Below are positions 1-9,445 of a stretch of 16,829 bases of DNA, one piece after another. The notes beneath the pieces were generated by a model that did not search any database, was not told where the DNA came from, and was given only the letters and a program-made list of their open reading frames with translations. The translations under genes and the position numbers were made by a program. The DNA is from Archangiaceae bacterium (GTDB lineage Bacteria > Myxococcota > Myxococcia > Myxococcales > Myxococcaceae), in contig JAYVCD010000252.1 of assembly GCA_043750125.1 (NCBI GenBank), positions 1 through 16,829 on the forward strand, in the 5' to 3' direction. The stretch's first letter is position 1, and each line of letters starts with the position of its first letter.

Positions 1-23
1 AAGCGACTCTGGATTCTCCGTCG

Positions 24-1163
24 TTGGATCAACTGGCGAGGCCACCCGCGCTCGAAGTCCCCATCGGCGTCTGCCCCATCACCGCCGACTTCCTTCCGCC
101 GAACCTGAAGAAGCACGTCGACCCCAAGGCTCCGGTGCCGCTGCGCATGATGGCAGCCAAGTCCCTGGTTCCTCTGTCCCCTTCGGACATGGTGGGCGCG
201 CTGTTCATGCTCACCTTCGACGCAGAAACCAACATTCGCGAAACGTCGGTGAAGACCGCCAGCGGGTTGCCCGACCGGATTCTCGCCGCCGCCCTGCGCG
301 ACGAAGCCATCAAGCCCCCCGTGCTCGGGTGGATGCTGGGTCTTCACTGGAAGAACGACAACTACGCCGAGATGCTGGTCCTCAACGCCACCACTCCGGA
401 CGAAGCCGTGGCTCTGGTGTCCGCGCAGTGCGGGGTGCGTCTGGCCGAGATCATCGGCGGCAACCAACTGCGGATCCTTCGTCATGAAGAGATCTTGCGG
501 CAGCTGGCCCTCAACCCGAGCGCTGCGGGCGCGCTGATCGACGGGGTCTGCGACTTCGGCGTTCGCTCAGGCCTGGCGATGTCCGACGTGCCTCAAATGC
601 AGACCGCGCGCATTCGGCTCTTTGGCCCGAATGCCAATGACAAGCCGCCGGACCCCGGCACCACCGCTGACGCGCTGTTGATGGAATTCTCAGAGCTGGC
701 CGACGAGGCCGCCCCTCCGATGGAAGAGGGCAAGCGGCTGAGTTTTTCGCAGCGGATCATGAAGATGAACATCGCTGAAAAGATCAAGCTCGCCACCAAG
801 GGCAACAAGGAAGCACGCGCCATCTTGATTCGCGACTCGAACAAGCTGGTGGCTGTGGCGGTCATTCGCAGCCCAGGTCTCACCGACGGCGAGGTCTTGC
901 TTCAGGCCGGGAACAAGACCGCGCAGGACGACGTGCTGCGCGTCATCTACAACGACCGCGAGTGGACGAAGAAGTACCGGGTCAAGCTGGCTCTGGTGAA
1001 GAATCCCAAGGTGCCGCAGGCGATCGGAATGAAGCTGATGTCGACCCTGCGCGAAAGCGACATCAAGGTCCTCGCCCGCGACAAGAACGTCCCCAACATC
1101 ATTCAGATGATGGCGAAGAAGATGATGGAAAAGAAAGACGGCGCCAAGAAAGACGCGAAGTAG
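24..1163 (+). CDS. Conserved myxobacterial/deltaproteobacterial hypothetical helical-repeat protein, probable SgmO (MXAN_4150)-like; possibly 5'-truncated
   Basis: 379-aa ORF with GC3-rich codon usage. The C-terminal block (RIMKMNIAEKIKLATKGNKEARAILIRDSNKLVAVAVIRSP...VKLALVKNPKVP) resembles LRV/HEAT-like helical repeats of deltaproteobacterial hypothetical proteins. It converges on frzS, and the gene next to frzS in M. xanthus is sgmO (recalled). The frame stays open to position 3, so the true start may lie before the window. Confidence 0.7.
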   Translation: MDQLARPPALEVPIGVCPITADFLPPNLKKHVDPKAPVPLRMMAAKSLVPLSPSDMVGALFMLTFDAETNIRETSVKTASGLPDRILAAALRDEAIKPPVLGWMLGLHWKNDNYAEMLVLNATTPDEAVALVSAQCGVRLAEIIGGNQLRILRHEEILRQLALNPSAAGALIDGVCDFGVRSGLAMSDVPQMQTARIRLFGPNANDKPPDPGTTADALLMEFSELADEAAPPMEEGKRLSFSQRIMKMNIAEKIKLATKGNKEARAILIRDSNKLVAVAVIRSPGLTDGEVLLQAGNKTAQDDVLRVIYNDREWTKKYRVKLALVKNPKVPQAIGMKLMSTLRESDIKVLARDKNVPNIIQMMAKKMMEKKDGAKKDAK

Positions 1164-1164
1164 C

Positions 1165-2832
1165 TCAGGCTTCTGCGATCTCGTCGTCGTTCATCAGCTC
1201 ATCGACGCTTTGAGAAGGCTGCTCATCGAGGGTGGCCAGCGCCTGCTGCAGCGACTCACGGGTTCGCTCGCGCACTGCTTCCTCGCCCTTGATCCGCCCG
1301 TAGAGCGCTTTGACCCGATCTTCGTGCCGGGCCGAAGCGTCCTCGAAATCGCTGATGCGCTTGCGCAGTCCGCTGATCTCGTCGGCGAACGCCGAGGCCT
1401 GTGCGCCCAGCTGGGTCTTCGCCGAATCGAGATCGATCTGAGCTTGCTCCAGCTGCCCGCGAATCTCTTCGAGGTCGCGCTCGCGCTCTTCGTGCTGGGT
1501 CTTCAGCGCATCGTGTTCGCCACGCAATTCGGACAGCTGGTCCTGGGCTTCCTGACGCGCCGAATCGGCCTCACCGCTGGTGGTCCGCAGCATCCCCAGC
1601 TCGGTTTCCATCGAGTCGGTTCGCTCTTGCATCGCGTCGAAGTCGGACTGAAGCGTCGACAGCTTGGCGCCTGCGCTGCGCGCTTCTTCCTTCGCGGTCA
1701 TCATCTGTTGATCAAGCTTTTTCCGATCGGCCGCCAGCTGGTCACCCTTGGTCGTGAGCGTCTTCAGCTGGGCGTCGCGGCGGGCCATCTCTCCGGATGA
1801 ATCGGACATTTGCTGCTCGAGGGCGGTCTCTTTCTCGTGCAGGTCGACGACTTCCTGGTCCTTCTCGTTGAGCTCGGTTTTCAGCCGGAGAATTTCTTTG
1901 TCCTTCTTGTTCACCTGGTCCTTGAGGGCGAACAGGTCCTTCGTCTCGCTCTTGCCCCCGGCGCTCTTCGCTGTCTCGAGCTCGGTCTGCTGATTTTCGA
2001 CCTGCGATTCGAGGGTGCGAATCTTCTCTTCAAGCTCGTCGTTGCGGCCTCGGGCTTCGTCCAACGAGCCCGTCAGCTCGGTGACGCGGCTCTTGAGCGC
2101 ACGCATGTCGGTGGCCTCATTACTGCCAGGCCGACCCGCAGGCGGCGCAAAAAGCGTGGGCTCGACCGGCATCCCGATCAGCGTGCGCTCTTCGGCCGGG
2201 AATTCTTCCTCGGTTACCGGCGGAACAGGCAGCTCTTCTTCGACCTGAAAATCTTCGAGCTCAGCCTTCGGGGGTTCTCCAGCCGAAGTCTTGTCGTCGA
2301 ACATCGCGTCGACCATTTCGAAGTCAGGGTCATTGTTGCCGACCGTCTCTTCGTTCGTCGGCCCGTCGAGCGAAATGTCTTCGACCGGCGCGCTCGGCTT
2401 CTCGTCTTCGAGGAATTCGTTGAGGTTGACCTGATCCTCTTCGATGTCGTCCGACGGCAATTCGGGCAGCCCGATCAGAGTCCCGGCGCGATCGACAATC
2501 GCCTGAGGATCGAACGGCTTGCCGAGGTAATCGTCGGCGTGAGTCTTCAGCTTCTTGTGCTGTCCAAATCCGTCGGGGTTGCCCACAATGATGACCGGCA
2601 CGGTCTTGAGCTCATCATCGCTCTTGAGCTTCTTGCAGATGATGTAGCCGTTTTGCCCTGCCGCGAGGTCGACCGCGAGGACGACCAGTGCGGGCCGGGA
2701 GCGGCGAATCAGCTCGGCGCAGCCCTTCCCGTCGGTGGTCTCTTCGACGCCGAACCCGCGCGCGATCAGCTTGTCCTTCATCGCGCGGGACAAGGCGGCA
2801 TCGTTTTCGACGATTAAGATGTTCTTGGACAT
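1165..2832 (-). CDS. frzS: Social motility protein FrzS (atypical receiver domain, acidic/Pro-rich linker, long coiled coil)
   Basis: N-terminus MSKNILIVEND...ETTDGKG...LVVLAVDLAAGQNGYIICKKLK...GNPDGFGQHKKLKTHADDYLGKP closely matches the M. xanthus FrzS receiver domain as I recall it. Ala53 sits at the phospho-acceptor position, and Asp55, His92 (2557-2559) and Tyr102 (2527-2529) are at identical numbering. The C-terminal ~300 aa are heptad-rich (E/L/Q/K). 555 aa. Confidence 0.93.
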   Translation of the reverse strand: MSKNILIVENDAALSRAMKDKLIARGFGVEETTDGKGCAELIRRSRPALVVLAVDLAAGQNGYIICKKLKSDDELKTVPVIIVGNPDGFGQHKKLKTHADDYLGKPFDPQAIVDRAGTLIGLPELPSDDIEEDQVNLNEFLEDEKPSAPVEDISLDGPTNEETVGNNDPDFEMVDAMFDDKTSAGEPPKAELEDFQVEEELPVPPVTEEEFPAEERTLIGMPVEPTLFAPPAGRPGSNEATDMRALKSRVTELTGSLDEARGRNDELEEKIRTLESQVENQQTELETAKSAGGKSETKDLFALKDQVNKKDKEILRLKTELNEKDQEVVDLHEKETALEQQMSDSSGEMARRDAQLKTLTTKGDQLAADRKKLDQQMMTAKEEARSAGAKLSTLQSDFDAMQERTDSMETELGMLRTTSGEADSARQEAQDQLSELRGEHDALKTQHEERERDLEEIRGQLEQAQIDLDSAKTQLGAQASAFADEISGLRKRISDFEDASARHEDRVKALYGRIKGEEAVRERTRESLQQALATLDEQPSQSVDELMNDDEIAEA

Positions 2833-2870
2833 GGGCAGATCGGGAACGCTATCGGCCCCCCACTATGGGG

Positions 2871-3662
2871 TCAACGCTCTAGAGCGGCAGCCGGGACTTC
2901 AGCCATCCCTGTAGCGGTCGCACGCTCTGGCAACAGCTGGCGGACGTCGCGTTCGTCGAGGTCGCTGACCAAGCGGTAAACGACATCGCCGTCACGCCAG
3001 CTGACGACATTGAACCCGTTGCCCGAGCCAAATTCCGCTTCTGGCAGCAGCGCCACATCGTCTTCCGGCGCCTGGTAGACGAACAGCCCCAGGGGCCGGC
3101 TGGCCTTCTCACCGGGCCGCTGGGTGTCGTAACGAATGAAGGCGGCCTGGTTCTCTCTCACGTTCAAGAGCCGAGCACCGAAGGCTGTGGCATTGGGGAA
3201 GCGGGGGACGCTGACCCGGTGGTTGAGCTTGCCGCCGAACCAGTCTTCGAGCTCGCGTGGGGTCCGCTGCTGGATCTCGAGTGGGAATTGCCGGGCGTAG
3301 CGAGAAGTCACGTCGTCGATGAACAGCCGACGTTGAAAGGCACGCCACTGGTGGTTCGCAGCCACTGCGCAGAGGGCGACCGAGGCCGCCGCTGCCGACC
3401 ACCGAAGGACGCGGCGTCGCAGCTGCGTCTTCTGCTCGGTGCGAATGCCCGCCAGCAAACTGTCTTTCAAGCGCTGGGGGGCGAGGGGACCACCGGCTCG
3501 GGCTGCAGCGCGGATGATCGCCAGCTGGTTGCGCTCGGCCTCAACGGTCTGGGAGCAGGGAGCGCACGCGGCAAAATGCTGCTCGAGCTCGAGTCGTTCA
3601 TCGGAAAGCAGCTCCCCATCCAGATAGGGGTAAAGCAGCCTGTCGAGCTCGAGACAGTTCAT
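2871..3662 (-). CDS. Zinc-finger (zf-HC2/ZAS) anti-sigma factor, probably membrane-anchored
   Basis: MNC...YLDGEL...EQHFAACAPC gives the Cys...HxxxCxxC ZAS motif. A hydrophobic stretch WSAAAASVALCAVAA follows an Arg-rich segment. The C-terminal domain carries WFGGKL...P, GARL and SWRDGDVVYRLVSDL, typical of RsiW-like anti-sigmas. It starts 21 bp after the sigma gene. Confidence 0.88.
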   Translation of the reverse strand: MNCLELDRLLYPYLDGELLSDERLELEQHFAACAPCSQTVEAERNQLAIIRAAARAGGPLAPQRLKDSLLAGIRTEQKTQLRRRVLRWSAAAASVALCAVAANHQWRAFQRRLFIDDVTSRYARQFPLEIQQRTPRELEDWFGGKLNHRVSVPRFPNATAFGARLLNVRENQAAFIRYDTQRPGEKASRPLGLFVYQAPEDDVALLPEAEFGSGNGFNVVSWRDGDVVYRLVSDLDERDVRQLLPERATATGMAEVPAAALER

Positions 3663-3683
3663 GGGTCGGTGCTGAACCCAGTT

Positions 3684-4295
3684 CTACCCCAGCTTCTTCC
3701 GGGCTCTGAATTCCACCAGAGAAATCGGGGCTTCAGCCGACCCCCGGGGGCGGTCAAGCAGGGCCTTTTGGAGCGCCTTGCGGCCGCGAAACAGCCGGCT
3801 CATCACCGTTCCCACCGGCACATCGAGAATCTCAGCGATCTCTTTGTACGAAAATTCCTGAAGGTCGGCGAGGATCAGCACCATTCGAAAGTCGATGGCC
3901 AGCGCGTCAATCGCCTTCAAGACGTCTTCGCTCATCACCCGGTCAAGCAGCAGGTCTTCGGGGTTCTGCGCGGCGTCCGTGGCGTCCTGGCTGAAAAACT
4001 GGGCGTTCACCGAGTCGCGTTCGGAAGCATCCGAAAGGGTGCGTTCTTTGACTGAACGGCGGTATTTGTTGATGAAAGTATTGGTCAGAATCTTGAAAAG
4101 CCAGGCGCGGAAATTGGTCCCTCGCTCGAACTTGTCGAAGAACCGGTAAGCCCGCATCACTGCGTCTTGAACCAGATCCTCTGCGTCGCGCTCATTGCGG
4201 GTCAGTCGGAGGGCCGAACCGTACAGGCCGTCGAACCAAGGAGCTGCCATCTGCTCGAACTGCATCTTCATGACGTTCGTCTGTCTGCTGCCCAC
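3684..4295 (-). CDS. rpoE1: ECF RNA polymerase sigma factor, SigH/SigR-like (RpoE1 of the myxobacterial frzS locus)
   Basis: Region 2 LYGSALRLTRNERDAEDLVQD...GTNFRAWLFKILTNTFINKYRR and region 4 FSYKEIAEILDVPVGTVMSRLFRGR. Start refined to GTG 4295 because GGAGG (4305-4301) lies 5 nt upstream; 203 aa. It sits between aldA and the anti-sigma/frzS genes as in M. xanthus. Confidence 0.9.
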   Translation of the reverse strand: MGSRQTNVMKMQFEQMAAPWFDGLYGSALRLTRNERDAEDLVQDAVMRAYRFFDKFERGTNFRAWLFKILTNTFINKYRRSVKERTLSDASERDSVNAQFFSQDATDAAQNPEDLLLDRVMSEDVLKAIDALAIDFRMVLILADLQEFSYKEIAEILDVPVGTVMSRLFRGRKALQKALLDRPRGSAEAPISLVEFRARKKLG

Positions 4296-4316
4296 AGTTT
4301 CCTCCGAACAAGCTGT

Positions 4317-4342
4317 AACGCGCCGGCCGGACTTTCCATTCC
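4317..4342 (-). promoter_or_regulatory. Putative SigR/SigH-type ECF promoter (-35 GGAAT, -10 GTT), probably autoregulatory
   Basis: The minus strand reads GGAAT-ggaaagtccggccggcgc-GTT, exactly GGAAT-N18-GTT, the established SigR/SigH consensus. It ends 21 nt before the GTG of a SigH-like sigma gene. Confidence 0.7.
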
Positions 4343-4400
4343 TATTCGTGTGCACCCGGTGGGCCGGGATTCAGATGGGGCCAAGGCCTCGTTACTACAG

Positions 4401-4467
4401 GAAAAGCAGAGCCGAGCGCTGCGCGCCATCTGACGCATCGGTCAGAATGCCGCGCAGGCGCCGAGGC
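4401..4467 (-). terminator. Long imperfect stem-loop 3' of aldA (possible terminator or mRNA-stabilising hairpin)
   Basis: Minus strand: ggcg-c-ctgcgcg-g-ca-t-tctgac [cgatgc] gtcaga-tg-g-cgcgcag-cgct, about 20 paired bases, beginning a few nt after the aldA stop. It is followed by a short, displaced U-tract (tctgcttttc). Confidence 0.5.
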
Positions 4468-4473
4468 AATTTG

Positions 4474-5607
<1,134 letters not shown>

Positions 5608-5857
5608 GAACAGCCTCCTGGCTTTTTTTTGGGGTGCTCTTGCGCGCGGCAAACTCAGTTGAAATCCAGGCCGAGTCAAATCCTTTCGGGTGACGCTCTG
5701 CGGCACGCAAAGCCGGTGGGGGAACCTCGCAAATGAGGCTGCGGGTAAGAATCCCCACTGTGTCGCTGGAAACGTCGATTTCGGTGGGGCGGCGACCCCA
5801 AACGTCCACCGTTTCAACCCACCGCCGATGGCTGAGTTGTTGCCCTCTGGGTGCCGA

Positions 5858-7495
5858 ATGCCCACCCACCTGAAGACGGCGATGTGCGGGGTAGGTGTGT
5901 GCGTATGCCTGCTGCTGGGCTGTGAAGGGACCTTCGGCCTTCCCGACCGGGTGGCCATCGGGAAGCCCGCTGAGGTCCCTACCAACGCCGAGGTGGGCGT
6001 GTCGGGGCTGCGCAGGCTGACCCGGGTCGAGCTCGATGCGACGCTCGAAGACTTGCTCGGGGACAGCAGTCGTTCGGCGCAGGCGCTGTTGCCCGCCGAC
6101 TCGACCGACCCCTTCGACAACGACTACCGCACCCAATTGCCTTCGGCGGCGCTGATTGAATCGGTCGAGCAGCTGGCGGTGGACACCGCGACGCGCACCC
6201 TCGCTGACCCGGTGAAGCGGGCGAAGATTGTTCCTTGCACCCCCAGCGGGCCCAGCGACACCGGCTGCCTCAACGCCGTGATCAGCTCGCTGGGTCGACG
6301 ACTGCTTCGCCGCCCGCTGCTGGATGCCGAGATTGCGAATTACGCCACGCTGCAGTCGTACGCGGTGGAAGCCAACAGCTTCGATCTCGGGGTGAAGCTG
6401 GTGATTCGCGCGCTGGTCCAGGAACCGGAGTTCCTGTACCGCACCGAGATTGGAACGCCCGTTGTGGGCAAGCCCGGAATCCATCGATTGGGCGCCTACG
6501 AGATGGCGACCCGCTTGTCGTACTTCCTGTGGGGAACGACGCCCCCCGACTGGTTGCTGGACGCAGCGATGAACGGAGAGCTGGCCGGCAAAGACGGAGT
6601 TCGGCTCGCCGCTTCGAAGCTGCTGGCCGACCCCCGCGCGCGCGCCCGGGTCGAGCGCTTCCACGCGCTGTGGCTTGGGTACCACCGCCTTCCGCACGCG
6701 ATCGACCTGACCACCGCCTTGCAGGCCGAGAGCGCCGCGCTGGTCGACAAGGTCGTCTTCGACGACAAGGCAGACTATTTCGAGCTGTTTCGTTCGAACC
6801 AATCGTTCCTCAACTCGACCCTGGCGACGCACTACGACATCTCTGGGTTCAACGGCGGCTCGAGCTTCGCGTGGACTCCGTATGGAAGTGCCAAACGCAA
6901 AGGCCTGCTGAGCCACGGCTCGGTGCTTTCGGCGGGCGCGAAGTTCGCCGACACCAGTCCGACCCAGCGGGGGATCTTCGTGCGCACCCGGCTGTTGTGT
7001 ACCGACGTGCCGGCGCCGCCGGCGAACGCCAACGTGGATCAACCGCCCACCAGCCCGACCAGCAATTGCAAGGTCGACCGCTACGCGAGCCACGCTTCCG
7101 TGGGCAACTGCAAGACCTGCCACGACAACCTGGACCCGATTGGCTTTGGAATCGAGAACTACAACCGTGCGGGGCAATACCGCGTTACCGACGATGGCCA
7201 GCCGGGCTGTGCGATCGCGGGGAAGGGAAAGATCGCGGGCTTGTCGACCGGCGATGGCAATTTCGAGGGCATTACGGGCCTGTCGGATCTGCTGATGGAC
7301 AGCGGTCGGTTCGAGCAATGCATCGTGACCCAGGTGTTTCGATTCGCCTCGGGCCGCCGCGAAGGGCCGATGGATCTGGCGCTGCTCGACAACCTGACGA
7401 CGAGCTTCAAGAAGAAGAACCGGCTCTTTTCCGAGCTGCTGCTCGACACCGTGTCCGACGACACCTTCGCCTTCCGCAAGGAGGAAGCACCGTGA
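5858..7495 (+). CDS. DUF1592/DUF1588/DUF1595/DUF1587/DUF1585 (PSD/PSCyt3) domain lipoprotein with one CxxCH motif
   Basis: Signal peptide with lipobox LLGC after ATG 5858. Motifs LRRLTRVELDATLEDLLG, FLYRTE, YEMATRLSYFLWGTTPPDWLL, RKGLLSHGSVL, TSPTQRGIFVRTRLLC, CKTCH (7109-7123) and DPIGFGIENYN are hallmarks of this planctomycete/myxobacterial family. The start is uncertain (5858 or 5882). Confidence 0.85.
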   Translation: MPTHLKTAMCGVGVCVCLLLGCEGTFGLPDRVAIGKPAEVPTNAEVGVSGLRRLTRVELDATLEDLLGDSSRSAQALLPADSTDPFDNDYRTQLPSAALIESVEQLAVDTATRTLADPVKRAKIVPCTPSGPSDTGCLNAVISSLGRRLLRRPLLDAEIANYATLQSYAVEANSFDLGVKLVIRALVQEPEFLYRTEIGTPVVGKPGIHRLGAYEMATRLSYFLWGTTPPDWLLDAAMNGELAGKDGVRLAASKLLADPRARARVERFHALWLGYHRLPHAIDLTTALQAESAALVDKVVFDDKADYFELFRSNQSFLNSTLATHYDISGFNGGSSFAWTPYGSAKRKGLLSHGSVLSAGAKFADTSPTQRGIFVRTRLLCTDVPAPPANANVDQPPTSPTSNCKVDRYASHASVGNCKTCHDNLDPIGFGIENYNRAGQYRVTDDGQPGCAIAGKGKIAGLSTGDGNFEGITGLSDLLMDSGRFEQCIVTQVFRFASGRREGPMDLALLDNLTTSFKKKNRLFSELLLDTVSDDTFAFRKEEAP

Positions 7496-8967
7496 AGGAA
7501 AAATTCGCCCTCCACCGAAGGTCCGTTCTCAAGGGGTTGGGTGGGCTGAGCCTCGCGCTGCCGCTGCTCGAGATCATGCTCGATGGGAGGAACGCCTGGG
7601 CCCAGGCGGCGCCCCCAATGCGCTACCTCGTCTTCTTCAATGGCCAGTCGCAGGGGGCCGATGGCGATGGCTCGCCCAGCCAACTGGTCCCCACGACGAT
7701 TGGGGCCAACTACGACCTCAAGAGCGCGCTGGCGCCGCTGGGGGCGTTGAAGAGCGAGGTCAGCGTCATTTCGGGTCTGAAGATCCCGACCGCATTCGAA
7801 AATGGCGGAGTGGTACCCGCGGGAGGACGCCGCGATGACTTCCACGTCTCGTCGCTTTCGCCCTTGCTGTCGGGAGTCAAATCGAACGCGGGCAGCTCTT
7901 CGTCGGGTGAAACCTCGGACCAGACGGTGGCCGGCTTTCTGGCCGGGACGACCGCGTTCAAGTCGCTGTGCTACCGGGTGCAGGCCGACTGGTACCTCTC
8001 GGTCTCGGCGCCGTATGGCCGCGACATGATTTCGTACAAGCTCGATTCGACGAACAAGGTAGTGCCAATCGTGCCCCAGACCAGCCCGAGGCAGGCCTTT
8101 GCGGCGCTGTTCGGAAGCTTCACTCCTCCCGGAACTGATCCTGCGGTGGCCCGACAGCTCGACTTCGATCGTCGTTCCCGCCGCAGCGTTCTCGATTTGG
8201 TCGTGGGCGACACCCAGCGGTTGCTTCCGAAGCTGGGTGCGGCCGACAAGCTGCGAATGCAAAGACACCTGGACGAGCTTCGCGCGCTCGAGCTGAGGGT
8301 GGCCGCCATTCCTCCGGTGCAGACCAGCGTTTGCGTCAAGCCGATGGATCCGGGGGCGGATTCCGGCGTGGGCAGCCCGCAGGGAGTCAATGCAGCGGGC
8401 GACAACACGTACACCCAGAATCTGGGCTACAGCAATGAAGAGCAGCGGGCGAAGGTGTTCTGCGATCTGATCCACATGGCGATGACCTGCGACTTGACCC
8501 GGGTCGCTTCGCTGCAGATGACGATGTTCCAGTCTCACCTCAACATGTACCCGCTGACCGGGCAGGCGACGGACTGTCACGAGCTGGGGCATGGGGGAGT
8601 GCCGGGAGGCTCGGTGGCCCAGGCCAAGGGCATCGCCTGGCACATGAAGCACTTCGCCTACCTCGTTCAGAAATTCAAAGACTCGCCCGAAGGCAACGGC
8701 ACGATGCTCGACTCGATGGCGATCACTTCTCTGTGGGAAGGCGGTCACGGCTTTGACCCCGGTGGGAACAAGCCCAACAGCACCCACAGCACCGAGAACA
8801 TGACCGTGCTGCTCGCGGGTCGTGCGGGCGGGCTGAAGCCGGGCAAGCACATCGTTGCCACCGGCAAGCATCCGGGAAATGTGCTCGTCACCGCGATGAA
8901 GGCCGTCGGCTATTCAAAAGACACGTTGGGCGAAGTGACGGGGGGCATTCCCGAACTGAAGACCTGA
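7492..8967 (+). CDS. DUF1552 (HXXSHH-family) protein with twin-arginine signal
   Basis: The GTG start overlaps the upstream stop (GTGA), with AAGGAGG at 7478-7484. N-terminus [21 protein letters not shown]...[57 protein letters not shown]. This family is the usual partner of DUF1592/1588 genes. 491 aa. Confidence 0.87.
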   Translation: MKEKFALHRRSVLKGLGGLSLALPLLEIMLDGRNAWAQAAPPMRYLVFFNGQSQGADGDGSPSQLVPTTIGANYDLKSALAPLGALKSEVSVISGLKIPTAFENGGVVPAGGRRDDFHVSSLSPLLSGVKSNAGSSSSGETSDQTVAGFLAGTTAFKSLCYRVQADWYLSVSAPYGRDMISYKLDSTNKVVPIVPQTSPRQAFAALFGSFTPPGTDPAVARQLDFDRRSRRSVLDLVVGDTQRLLPKLGAADKLRMQRHLDELRALELRVAAIPPVQTSVCVKPMDPGADSGVGSPQGVNAAGDNTYTQNLGYSNEEQRAKVFCDLIHMAMTCDLTRVASLQMTMFQSHLNMYPLTGQATDCHELGHGGVPGGSVAQAKGIAWHMKHFAYLVQKFKDSPEGNGTMLDSMAITSLWEGGHGFDPGGNKPNSTHSTENMTVLLAGRAGGLKPGKHIVATGKHPGNVLVTAMKAVGYSKDTLGEVTGGIPELKT

Positions 8968-8995
8968 CGGCTCTGGGGTGGCATGGTCCGTCGCC

Positions 8996-9445
8996 ATGCG
9001 AGTGCTGAAGATCAATGGGCGCGAAGCGACTGTCGACGTGCCGGACGATGTGCCCTTGCTGTGGGTGATCCGCGAGGAGCTCGAGTTGTGCGGGACCAAG
9101 TTCGGCTGCGGAATGGCGCTGTGTGGGGCGTGCACCGTGCACCTCGACGGGCAGCCGGTACGCTCTTGCGTGACGCCGGTGGGAATGGCGGCAGGCAAAG
9201 AAATCACCACCATCGAAGGGCTCTCGGTCGACGGCTCGCATCCGCTTCAGCAGGCGTGGCTCAAAGAGAACGTGCCGCAGTGTGGCTACTGTCAGTCCGG
9301 TCAAATCATGCAGGCTGCGGCCCTGCTCAAAGACAAGCCGCGACCTACCGACGAAGACATCACTGCGGCGATGAGCGGGAACATCTGTCGGTGTGGGACG
9401 TACGGCCGCATTCGCGCAGCGATCAAGCGGGCGGCAGGACCATGA
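8996..9445 (+). CDS. (2Fe-2S)-binding small subunit of an isoquinoline 1-oxidoreductase/aldehyde dehydrogenase-type molybdoenzyme (IorA/CoxS-like)
   Basis: [27 protein letters not shown]...[22 protein letters not shown] and GNICRCGTY supply two 2Fe-2S cysteine sets. Start ATG 8996; 149 aa. Confidence 0.95.
   Translation: MRVLKINGREATVDVPDDVPLLWVIREELELCGTKFGCGMALCGACTVHLDGQPVRSCVTPVGMAAGKEITTIEGLSVDGSHPLQQAWLKENVPQCGYCQSGQIMQAAALLKDKPRPTDEDITAAMSGNICRCGTYGRIRAAIKRAAGP

Noticed and set aside
1165..2832. AglZ or SMC-like assignment for the receiver plus coiled-coil gene
   Set aside because: The receiver sequence, length (555 aa) and rpoE1/aldA context fit FrzS. AglZ is much longer, and there are no Walker motifs.
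2854..2872. Small hairpin (cccc...gggg) between the anti-sigma gene and frzS as a terminator
   Set aside because: Only 4-6 bp and no U-tract on either strand.
5648..5720. c-di-GMP-I (GEMM) riboswitch call
   Set aside because: GGCAAAC and ACGCAAAGC are present, but about 40 nt rather than about 7 separate the GAAA from ACGCAAA, P2 does not close a GNRA tetraloop, and no tetraloop-receptor CUAA follows. Kept only as a low-interest structured-leader note.
5608..6120. 171-aa N-terminal extension on alanine dehydrogenase
   Set aside because: Ald begins at the IGVPKE motif, a strong AGGAGG precedes GTG 5607, and the extension is antisense to the divergent gene.
6235..7491. Apparent 419-aa N-terminal extension of the DUF1552 ORF (910 aa in the track)
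   Set aside because: Off-frame read of the DUF1592 gene. The real start is GTG 7492, with an SD and Tat signal; no evidence of a fusion or frameshift.
8983..9441. N-terminal extension of iorB (888 aa in the track)
   Set aside because: Overlaps the 2Fe-2S gene out of frame. The Tat peptide begins at ATG 9442.
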